Assembly (NCBI GenBank): GCA_024137785.1
Contig: JAHRHZ010000122.1
Span: 3,311,227-3,375,226 of the forward strand
DNA: 64,000 nucleotides
Reading direction: 5' to 3'
Source: Ginglymostoma cirratum
Lineage: Eukaryota
The stretch's first letter is position 1, and each line of letters begins with the position of its first letter. The notes beneath the pieces are model-generated. The model was not told the DNA's origin and did no database searches. It worked only from the letters and a program-made list of their open reading frames with translations. The position numbers were made by a program, and so were the translations under genes. Shown here piece by piece: positions 48,866 through 60,300 of this stretch.

Positions 48866-51187
48866 TCACACATTCAAGGAACTTTTAAGCTCAACTGATA
48901 CGATCACAGGGCTAGATGCTTCAAGCTAAGCTAGCATCTTTGAGAAGTCCTGGCAACACAGTGCTTACTGGACAAAAGTAAGGAAACTAAGAAAACAACA
49001 TTTTAAAAAAGTAAAATAGAGGCAGGACAAAGCAACACTTCTACTATTTGCCTGAATTTCACAGAGATGATCAGCTATTTATGAGTATGAGGGGTAAATT
49101 TTAAGATTGAGTCCTCCAGATGCAGAACTCCAGAGACAAAATCATGCCTGTGATTTGGTCAGATGACTGCCACATCAAAATCCAAAAAATGTACTCCTCT
49201 CCTGCAAGACTCTGTGCCAGACAATTTTGAAGTTGGATAAAGTAGAAGAAGTGGAAATCATTCACAGAATTGCTATGACACAATTGTTTGACGCAAGAGG
49301 TGACTGTTCGGCCTGTCGTGTATGAACCAGCTTTTCAAATGGGCATCTTTACCAAGTGATACCATCATTACCAATACTGTCTTTTCCCCACATCCCAACA
49401 CACCATTTCAATCCAAATAATCATCGAAAGCCTTCCTGACTGTCTCAATTGAATCTGCCTCCAACCACACTTCCAAGCAGTGCAGCCCATCTCCTAACTA
49501 CTTGCTGAGTTAAAACATTTGTTTTAATATCACCCTTGCTTCTTTTGCACATCAGTTTACTCTATTCAGTTCACTCTCAACATTGAAAAATTCTAACAAA
49601 ACTATATCAAATCTCCTCTCAGACTTCTCTCCAGGACGAAGTTCCAGCTTCTTCAAGTTATCTTTGCAGCAGGCAACTGGCCTCAAAAGATCTCTGTGTT
49701 AGGAAAATTTTCCTTACCTACCCTATGTTCAAGACTTGGAATGTAGAAGGAAAGCATGAATTGATGGAAATAAGTTGTGAGATGATCGCAACTATGTGTT
49801 AGGTTAAGAAATGGTGATAAGTGAGAATGTAGGGTAGATGAGGAGTGTCCAGGTCAATGGAGTGAGGATTGACATAGAAGTCGAGAAAAGTGAGAGAATC
49901 ATTGACCGCAATACTACACATTAACCAATGAAGACAAAAAGTTGTGACAGAAAAACAGCTAGACCCACTGGAGACAAAAACAAGAGGAGGCAAAATAAGA
50001 AACTGTGATTGGGTAAGCAATGCTTTGTATCTTGCGTCATATGCTTGCAAAATATAGCAATACAATTAAGGACATTCAGGCTCAATTTCAACATTTAAGA
50101 AGTATCAGAAACCAGTGGAAATAATTTTCATACAATGGGGCTGATATTTTTGATAAGATACCGAAAAGGTTGGTTTAAATTTCTTAAATTATGTACATGA
50201 ATTTATTACATTCTGTTAAAACATGACATAAATTAGTTAACAAGTTTATTGATGTTTTGACATTGTTTAATACAACACCTGCAATACTTATGAATCCCTT
50301 CGGGGAAACAGACAGTCTTTCACATCATTAGCCAATTAGTGGCAAACTATAATTTTAACTGCTTTTGCAATGATACTTGGGAAGCTCATTCTGTAATTCC
50401 CACCTGCATTTGCCCCAGGTGTGCATCATATCTTTTCCGAGAAACAAGTATATATTTCTCCACTAGAACCCTGCTACTTTCACTTGGAGGAATAATTTTC
50501 ATCACGTATTGAAGGATATTTCAGAGTTCAAAACCTAATCTGCATGGAGCACTTTTCTGCAAAACATGACTTTTTTCCTGCTCTGCTGAAGGCTGAAATT
50601 CTTGTTAACATATGATTCCACTGACAAAAATACACCGAAGAAAATTCTCAGGTAGCAACGCAATATTAGTTCTTCCTATAGGGAAGCAAATGGGAAAATG
50701 CATGAATATTAAGAGGCTTTCCACTTCTTGAATTCAGTTTAAGAATACCATTGGCCAAGCCACGGTTAATAAATTTCAGAGCTCTTCACTCAATTATAAA
50801 ATATTTTAACCATTATTTTAACAAAGTCTGAAAATAGTGAGGAAAACTATTTATTTATGATCTTTATTCACCATGCGTGCATAAAAGGTAAAACAGTGCA
50901 ATATTTTGACAACATTCTGGTATATTTAAAATCAAGTTTGGGCAGAAGGTCCTGAAAGGCCTTTTTAGCAACTACCTAATTTATCTATTCAGAAAAGTCT
51001 TTTGATTGAAAGCAATTATAAATTAGTGAGCAGTTGTGAACTGAGTGTTTCTGTTTTTGTTGAAACCAAAAAGCTATGAGCTCAGAAAGAAACACTTTCT
51101 CAAAACTGTATCTTAAACTGGTGTGTTTCAGAGATGATAAGGTTCTGGAAACCTGACATATCAATCATGGGTAAATAAAACTACATC

Positions 51188-51375
51188 AAAAACAAAGTTG
51201 CTGGAAAATCCCAACAGGTCTGGCAGCATCTGTGAAGGTAAAAACAGAGGAAGGGTCACCGGACCCGAAACGTTAACTCTGTTTTTTCCTTCACAGATGC
51301 TGCCAGACCTGCTAGGCTTTTCCAGCGACTTTGTTTTTGTTCCTGATTTACAGCATCCGCAGTTCTTTCGGTTTT
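51188..51375. mobile_element. Self-inverted Penelope-like terminal repeat, family B
   Basis: Arms caggtctggcagcatctgtgaagg / ccttcacagatgctgccagacctg; partial core GAGGAA-GGGUC(ACCG)GACCC-GAAA-CGUU; TSD taaataaaact(a/g)catc at 51172-51187 and 51376-51391. Confidence 0.75.
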
Positions 51376-52574
51376 TAAATAAAACTGCATCATCGTCTGG
51401 ATACAGCTCAGCATGCATCTGCAGTACAAGAGTTCCATACCTCTTTGCGATTCTACCTCCAATCTTTGGCACAAATCTCTGACATTTTTCACACAAAAGG
51501 TAATTATTCACAGTTTGACTATGGAGACTTTCAAATTTTTGGCAGTTGTTGGAGCACATCTGCATCCAAAAAGCAATCAAATCTGGAAGCAAAGATATGT
51601 ATACGTGCTGAATTGTGAAAAGGACCAAAAAAGAGAAGTCCATTTATTCTTACAATACTTGCAGATCCTTGCTGGTAGCATCGGTGGTTTCCCAAAGTTA
51701 GGATATTGTACACCTGTTGTAAATTGGTAGAAAATTATTTCACCTGCCTGTGATGCCAGCATAACTACTAATCAGGATGAATGAGCCTTCACAATTATCA
51801 TCTACAATTTCTAGTTTCTCTGTCTCACCAAATTTAAGAAAGCTCAAAATCTACTCCAAAGTTTCCTATAGCCCAGTCACAGTCAACTGGTTTATTAATG
51901 TCAGCGAGATGTTATTTTTGTTACAAATAGATACTCAGATAGTTTTTGCTTTTTTTTAAAATGCCAACTTAAAAGTAAAAACCTGAAATAAACTCCTAAT
52001 CTCGCTTGCATGTTTCTTGTGCTCTTCTCTTCTCTCGGTATCATTGTGATTATGTCTGTGTTGCTGAAACACAGCTTATGCCAAGGGTTCACTACAACAT
52101 TGCAGGCCCCGAGTCTAAACTCAGCCAGGTCAGGGTGTGCCTGTCACCACTAACACCCTCACCATCGAGCCAACTGAAATCCGATAGAAGTCTAATGTCA
52201 AGGTTCTGGATAGGCTTAAGCTTTATAGTGGCTGTGAACCACTATCTTCCTCAATTTTCTCTTCAAAGAACAGTTCTTCGATGCCGCACATTTTTCCGAA
52301 AACCTCACAAGTGAGGTTGAAGACAGATTTCAAAACCCGTCATCAGTGCAACATTGGAAGCTCGACTCTAACTTGACACTGGAAAAGTGGTTGACAAGGA
52401 ATTGATTTATATATGAGGATAAATTTTAGAAATTTCAGCATGATCTTGACTCTTTGTAATTACGTAAAAACTTGAAATATGGCACCAATATGACCACTAT
52501 AAAACTGGTAATTTCTTACTCCTCATTTCAGAATGTTTACACCATTATCAAAAACATAACACAGTACAAAATTC

Positions 52575-52698
52575 ATGCGGATGTGCCAGACTAGGGTGGA
52601 CAAAGTCAGAAGTGTCATGATGCTAGGTTATAGTCCAACAGGTTTATCTGAAATCATAACCTGTTGGGCTATAACCTGGTGTCATGTGACTTCTGACC
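52575..52698. mobile_element. Self-inverted Penelope-like terminal repeat, family C (core deleted)
   Basis: Shares aaagtcagaagt...ggttatagtccaacaggtttat.tgaaatca and ctataacctggtgtc...tgacttctgacc with 20973-21136. Confidence 0.6.
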
Positions 52699-54217
52699 AC
52701 AGTGCAGTAAAACAAGTTTAAAGCATTCACGACAAGATTTATTTGAATAAAAGAATAATAAAGAATCTGTGATTTCTTGGGTCAGGGAAACCACCCACTT
52801 GAGTACCAGGCAGGAACAGTGAGTCCTCACAGCTGATTATTTAATTTTTTTTAACCCCTTCAGCCTCCCCAAATTTACAAAAATTTCTCAAATCTACCTT
52901 TTCACAATTGCAGTCTTCTGAACTACCACCTGAAGTCCAATGACTTAACATCAGCAATAAACGTATGGTCAAACATTCTACTCTCACTTTCTGCTCATTT
53001 TGCAGTCTATACTGGAAACAATTTCTTCACTCTGCCTGCTTGTTTCTCATTTTGTTGAACACTTGCAAACTGTTGGCGTGTGACACTTAATTTTCTGATT
53101 TATCTGTTAAATATAATTGCCGTATGAGGTACCAGAGGTAGAATTCTGAGACGCTTAACGCATTTTCATGAATTAGCTCAATCCTTTTTCGGCAGGAAAG
53201 CAAAACTAAAATTGCCTAACATGTTGTGAATAAAAGCAGCGATTAATATTCTAACTCTAGAAAACCACGGAAACAGTCTAATTAAGGTCTTAGATGTATT
53301 TCCATGGCAAGCTGTTTTTGTGGTACTGCAATTTTGAAAGATAGGTCTACCTTTTATCATGCACACTAAGTTATCAAAAACAGAAATATTAAATAACAAA
53401 TGAGATAGTTCTTAATGAAAGCTCAAGGCAGTATGGAGTAGCTTGTGCAAGATTATGACAGCCAACATTTCACTGCGAAAGTGTACTTAATTCTGACTTC
53501 CTGTATTTCTCAGCAGGAGTCGGATCGTTGGAATAGGAGTTGGTCATTTAGGTCCTTGAATCTGTTCTGCTGATATTCAATGAGATGATAGCTGATGTGA
53601 CCTAAATGCGCAAACCCAGCATTGCCCCATATCCTTGGATACCTCTGATAAACACACATCACACTGCGGTTTCAAATTAACAAATGATCTAGTATCAACT
53701 GCTGTCTGCAAAACTTCCTCCAGCCTTTCTGTGAGATGAAGAATCTGAATCCCACTTTTGAGAGGTCTATGCCACTTGTCACAAGTGAGGTTCGCAACAT
53801 TCTTATGTTTTGGCACTGTCTCTCTCAGATGAAATTGAGAAATGAAAAGGATCACACGACCTGTCATAAATTCAGCCCCACAACAAGCTTCAGTGATTTT
53901 GTTGTTCAAGGTTCAAGGGAAGACCAGGTATTCGAATAGGAAGAAGGTACAAGATATTCCCACCCTGTAAATAATGACCAGACCAGAGGTCTCTAGTGGT
54001 GTACTGGTACTGTTCCTTCCTCTGAACCAGGAGGTCACAGTTCAAGTCTTATCTGCCTCAGAGGTGTGTCATAAAGGTTGATTGGAAAATACCAATGACC
54101 AGGCCAACCATACTAATGAAGGGTAGACAGGTCGGTCAGGTTTTTGCACAGCTAGAAAGCAGGGTGTGATTCACACAAGTAAGGAAACACAAACTCAGCA
54201 GGGCCATTTGAATCAGG

Positions 54218-54352
54218 TAAAAAGCAAAGTATTGCAGGTGCTGGAGATCTTAAGTTAAATCAGAAAGTGGCAGACAAACTCAGCAGGTCTGGCAGCATCT
54301 GTGGAGGGAAGAACAGAGTCAACGTTTTGAGTCCAATAGAATTCTTCTTCAG
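54218..54352 (-). mobile_element. Single-arm Penelope-like terminus, family B-related
   Basis: Similar to 51188-51375; minus strand starts tCTGAAGAAG...ggactcaaaacgttgac. A further decayed copy lies at about 63165-63265. Confidence 0.6.
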
Positions 54353-55007
54353 ATCTCCACTTTGCAGGAATACAAACTGATGGAGTAGATGTAAACATAC
54401 TTGAAGGGCAAATATGGTTAGTACACCGACTTGGTCTGGAGTTTTTTTTTTAATGCTCTGCCCAATCAATTTTAAGAAAAAAACATGCTGTAGCTGTCAA
54501 TGAAAGAGTTTCTAAAATACCTTTCTGGTGGACTGTTTGGACTGACAGTTTAGATAAAAGTAGCAACAGCTGGTAGTGTTTGATATTTCCCGAAAGACGA
54601 TCTTTTTGTCATTATGAATGCTTGGCTCAGTTTCAAGAGCATCAATTATCTAAGCATGGAATTCTGAGTTCACATCTTGATTGAGAATTTAAAGAGGCCA
54701 TTACAGCATTACCTGTCTTTGGTCTGCGATCTGAATAGAAATTTTTAGAATAAAAATAAGCCATCGGTAAATGTGAAAGCTTTCAACTGATTTTGTCAAA
54801 AGAAGATTCTTTTCACTGTCAAATGTGTAGGACTAAGATCAAGATACTACAGGTATTCAAAGTTTTGATTTTCCATCAACAATAATGACAAATGTAAATT
54901 TTAAATAATTTGAAGTCTTATTAAAAGCATGTATTTGTTGCAAGTGCCACACTCATTGCTTGTATCACCCTTATGTCATAAATCTGATAATTAAACAAAA
55001 CACAACT

Positions 55008-55340
55008 CGGTCGCACAGTGGTTAGCACTGCTGCCTCATGGTACCAGGAACCCAGGAACAATTCCAGCCTTATGTGGAGTGTGCATGTTCTTCCCTTGTT
55101 TGTGAGAGTTTGAGCTGTGTGTTCCAGTTTCCTCCCACAGTCCAAAGATCTGCAGGTTAGGTGGATTGGCCATGCTAAATTACCCCATCGTGTCCAGGGA
55201 TGAGCAGGTTAGGTGGATTAACTGCGGTAATGTGGGAATTACGGGGATAGGGTGGGGATGGGATGCTCTTCAGAGGGTCAGTGCAGGTCCTATAGGCTGA
55301 ATGGCCTTTAACTGCACTGTAGGGGTTCTGTGATTCTACA
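55008..55340 (+). mobile_element. tRNA-derived SINE (HE1/V-SINE type)
   Basis: Clear similarity to 32754-33054; a 3' fragment of the same family lies at about 16640-16760. Confidence 0.85.
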
Positions 55341-57013
55341 CATCCACTAATTCTAAGAGCTACTGCCATGAGAATGCCACTATACACACACAAGTAAATA
55401 GTACAATTGGATATTGCCACCATCAATCTTATTTTGTGTCCCACTGCAATTGTGGCTCACTTGTTATGAAACGGGGCAGAGGGTGACACCAGGAGTTGTT
55501 TAAGATCTCTAAAGATAGTAAAGTACTGCAAAGACTTTAGCTGTTATGGTTCTATAATGACTGAAAATCACAAACTCCAGGCATTTCCACAAATTGCTCT
55601 TCAAAGAGAAATTTTATGTTGTACACAGGTTGAAGAAAGAGTCAATAACCTGTAATCAATTCAAAAATTCAGTTCTGACATTAGAGGAGTAATGAGCTAG
55701 AAGTTGAATTTTTCTTGCCACATGTACGAAGATACATTTTTGAACCGCTAACATGGGCTTGACTGCCTGCAATTTGACGATGATTTGCATAATTCACCAG
55801 TGACACCCACTATAAATTCTGACCAACTACAAAACAGATAATTTCTCACCATCCAGTGTGCCAAAGTAAAGCAATCATAGACTCTTAAGATACAAACTTC
55901 TTTTACACCAAAATGAAAAACACAACAAACCACAGAAAGACAAGTTTATTGAGTTCAAGATTTACTTGAACAAAGAAACATTGAAGATCCTGTCTTTTTC
56001 AGTCACTTGAACTCAACTTACTTTCATATACTGCTTAACAGAAAAGTCACACCTACAGCTGCAAAACAGAACATTTAGCCCACTTGGTAATGCCAGCATT
56101 TGCATAGCATGCAAGCCTCTTCCCACTTCCTTTTAATCTAACTTTATCAGTATTTACTTCTATTCCTTTCCCTGAATTCATTGTTGGATTTAGAGACTAT
56201 TTTTTAAAACCAATCTGATATCATGGCACACATGCGAGGCAGATGGGACTTGTACCTGGGCCTCCTGGCTTAGCGATAGGAAAACTAACACTGCACCACA
56301 AGAACTCTCCTGTATTGGATTTTATATTTTTCAACCAATGTGACATGCTTGGAGCAGGTGGGATTTGGACAGAGGCATTCTCAGCTTTTTCTCAACAAAA
56401 GGGACAGTGGCAGTGTGGAAGTTAAATTTACCAAGGGACAAAAGCAGGATGTAGCAATGAGCAGTTATTTATCAGACTGGGATAAAGTACATTGGCCACG
56501 AACAGGACTAAGTTATATTACTCCAGTTTGTGATTAATTATCTTCACAAAAAGAGTTCTCAAGAAGAAATACACCATTTGACTGAATCTCAGTTTCTAAA
56601 GCTCCAAGTCTTTTTGACAGAAAAAGAAATGTGGAGTTCCACTATGTTTCTTTGCCATGCTTCCAACAACAAAGTAAAGCCTAGTGCATGCATTTGGATC
56701 TACACTGATTAACTTTTTCTTCAGATACACAAGTCTCAATCCTCTGAAGGGGAAAAAAAAAATTGAAGTTGTAAATATTCCATCAGGGTGACAATGTTCA
56801 ACTTAAACATTTATTTAGTAAAATTCTTCCATTCTGAAGTATTTCTGAAACGTAATCAACTGGTATTAGAATTTTAGTGATTTAATTCCAAACTAGATGC
56901 ATACTTTTCATTTAACCTAGTTAATAAAGAAGGAATCTTCATCTATTTGGTTGATTTAGTAAACAGGCAAACTCTGCGAAAACATTAAGTTTCCAATATC
57001 ATTCAGTTCTTAC

Positions 57014-57153
57014 CTGTGCTTCCCAAAGGGCGAATTGTGTACTCATTCAATGTAAAGCCTTTTTCTAGTGCTTGGGTCCTCATGTTCTTGTTAAAAAGAT
57101 CACTGCCAGTGAAATAAAGCACACCGCAGAAATACTGATCTTTTGGAATTAGC
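57014..57153 (-). CDS. POLB: DNA polymerase beta, penultimate exon: [46 protein letters not shown]
   Basis: 140 nt, ttgcag| acceptor and G|gtaag donor; X-family YFTGS motif and N279/R283 equivalents. Within ORF 57003..57206. Confidence 0.96.
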
Positions 57154-57223
57154 CTGCAACAGGAGAAATGCATGGTCAGCAATGAGATTCCAAAGTGAAT
57201 AGCCACAAGTTAAAACAATTCTG

Positions 57224-57375
57224 ACTCAGAGATAGTAGGATGCTGGAGTCTGGGATAACAAGGTGTGGCGCTGGATGAACACAGAAAAGAAGGGTCCAGA
57301 CCCGAAACGTCAGCTTTCCTGCTCCCCTGATGCTGCCTAGCCTGCTGTGCTCATCCAGCTCCACACCTTGTTATC
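57224..57375. mobile_element. Self-inverted Penelope-like terminal repeat (family A), 70 nt from a POLB splice acceptor
   Basis: Arms gataacaaggtgtggcgctggatga / tcatccagctccacaccttgttatc; TSD ttaaaacaat(t/a)ctg at 57210-57223 and 57376-57389. Confidence 0.75.
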
Positions 57376-60300
57376 TTAAAACAATACTGGGTGGTCAGAG
57401 TGTTTGAACCCCAAACTCGGCCAAAGTGAGTTACATGGAAGGCTCGATATAGACATAATTTGTCTAATTTTGAAATACCAGCAACTGGAACCAACTTTCA
57501 AGATTGAAAACAGACACAACCCAAAGTTCCTTCTGAGGCACAGTTGCATCCTCTTCAGCATCATTTCTGAACTGTTGATACGTAATCATTGATTTCAATG
57601 ATACAATGAGAGTAAGTAACACCTGCAGGTGATTTTTACAAATATGGACTGGGTGCTCCAAAATGGAATAGACAATGCATGTTCAAGTCTGAAAAGAGAA
57701 TACATTCGAAATGCATACATCAAGGACAAAGTCTAAATAAGGGGAAGCATCATGGACTTGATGTGGAGTAAGTTTCACCCCATGATCTATTTCATAATGA
57801 GGTTTTCAACTGAGCAGCGCTCATACTCACCATAATATATCGCTATTTCTGAATTTACATATTACAATCAGAAGAGGTTTCCAACAAAATTACATAAAAT
57901 TAAGCATAAATCATCACATTAATATTGAATTCAGGAGTGCCTTGTTAACCTGTACCGGAGACTGTGGCAATTAGGTTTAACTTCCTGTGGCCTACATTAT
58001 CGTTTAACAACTCTAAACTGGTCAACTAAATAGATATATAATCGGTTAAATCCAAGAAATATGTATGACGTGATTTGAAAACTATATGGAGGGGCCAAAA
58101 GCAAAAAAAGCATATTTTATTTAAGAGGTTACTAGATCAAGTGGCAGAGTAATCTAAATCAGTCACAGTCTTCACATTGATAATTCAACAGAACCCTTAA
58201 TAAAATAGCAGAATGTCTCTTAAATATTGGCAATGTTTCTAATCATAATGGTTAGATTTTCATAACTTTCATTTGAGCAAAATGTCACTTTTTATTAAAA
58301 AAAAATGCAAATCAAGTCATTTTTTAATTGACTTTAAATTGAAAATTGCTAGTTGTACTGGGGTTGAGAAAAGTAGTCAGCCGATGGCTTCAATTGGAGA
58401 CTCTGTCCTGATGTGAATCGGAAGAACCAAGATTGGCAATATGGGAGGTCCACTGTGCTTAGGCTAAACAAAGACAAAACCTAAACCACAATGAGGAACA
58501 CATAGCAATCTGAGCTGATACGCAAAACTGGAAATAAAGCATGGCAGTGCACCATTAAACAATACCTAGACATAAAAGCAAAATACATGTTAAATTTACA
58601 TTAGAATGGGGAAATTTGACAGTAAATCCAGGTACTGCAGACAAGTTCATTAGAAATATCTTAACCACAAGAATCCACATCAGCCCCACAGACCGGACCA
58701 TTTGACATTTCCTTGGTTTATCCTGCACACGCATTCAACAAAAGATCACATTTGGGTAAACTCACCCATTCTCAGCATCCGCACACTAAGAAGTCCTACT
58801 TTATCATTCAAATCACCTTCTCTATTTCTGAAATCGTTCTAATCACTGGTTATTTGTGGCCCACAGAAGATGCATTACGATTCAATCTCTCTGCTTAGTT
58901 CACTTCTGGTTACTCAACAGTGTTACTCCAGGGCAGTTGTCGCTCACTTATAAGTTTCTTGTCCATTTAAAAAAAGAGATTAACTTTGCTTTGGAATTGG
59001 ATTAACTCTGCCAGAAGTGGGCAAACTGTCTAGTCCCTTTTTGGAAACAGGATAATAAAAGAATTGGGAGTACGTTTCGTTTATCAAAAGAAGTTTGTGA
59101 AAATTATCAAATGAAAATAAACTAGAAACTGAGGCACATTGAAATGAGTCTCAAGTTGCATCCAATGACAGGGCCACAATGAGCAGTGCTATCTCCTCCT
59201 CCCTTACTGTCAACTTAGGAGATTGTTTAATGCCTGAAACTGTGAGCTTTGTGATTGAATAAGCAGGCAATTAGACATTGCAAGTGCTCACATTCAAGAA
59301 GCAACACTTTGAATAAGCAGAAACAGTGGAAGAGAGGCATACTTTTTTTTTTCTATTTGGTTGTGGGATGTGGGTGTCGTTGGCTGGCCAGCATTTCTTG
59401 CCCATCCCTAGTTGCCCTTGAGGAGGTGGTGGTGAGCTACCTTCTTGAACCGCTGCAGTCCTCCTGCTGTAGGTTGACCCACAATGCTATTAGGGAGGGA
59501 ATTCCAGGATTTTCACCCATTTTCCAGGGAGATCACTCCTCTATCTTTGGTGAACAACAATCACCTGACATTTTAGAATACTTTAGCTTTAAGAGCTCAA
59601 TCCTTAGAAGATTAGTTGAAACTAACCACTGCTAACCTATGTGCATTGATCCCTTTCAACAAGATGAACAAAACTTAGACAATTAAAAAACACAAAGTAA
59701 AGTTTATAACCGAGTGTCTTAGAAGGGTATGCAATGTTGTATAATGACAAACTGCCATCCCAAACTCAACTTTGCATGAACCAATGGCTTTAAAATGAAC
59801 AAACAAACAAAGACCACACAGACTACACAGTCATTTTTGAAAAAAAATGAGAGATTTGCTCAGGAGTATTATAACCACTGGCCAATGTCACAGATAAGAA
59901 AGACTGAATTCACAGTCATGAGTAGTAAGACTAAGCCAGCTCAAAGATGTTAACTATTACCAATTATTAAATTATTTTGTAAAATTATAGAACATTACCC
60001 AATACTAACCAGATAATTTTGTAAATATATCAGACAGAAACGGAAAAAGGCAGGCAAATCAGAAAACTTAAACAGAACGGTTCTAAATAAGTTCCACTGA
60101 GTAAATACAAAAGGGATATGTGAACATCCAGAAGATTTTTATCAGAAATGTAGCTGATAAACCAAGACATGGTGAAGATTCACAACATTTCATGAATTTG
60201 GAAAGATCAAGGTAAATCGAAGACGAGTAATTAGGCAATGCTAGTTTTGGGTTTTAGATGCTAAGGAAGGTACAGAGTTTAGAAAAAAAAGTAAACCTAA

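Noticed and set aside
51161-51730. Cluster of overlapping ORFs up to 160 aa
   Set aside because: Largely produced by the family B inverted repeat (the same peptide appears on both strands); no domain recognised.
4525-57375. Recurrent palindromic repeats as a CRISPR-like array
   Set aside because: Copies are dispersed kilobases apart with individual TSDs; there is no repeat-spacer periodicity and no cas gene, and the DNA is vertebrate.
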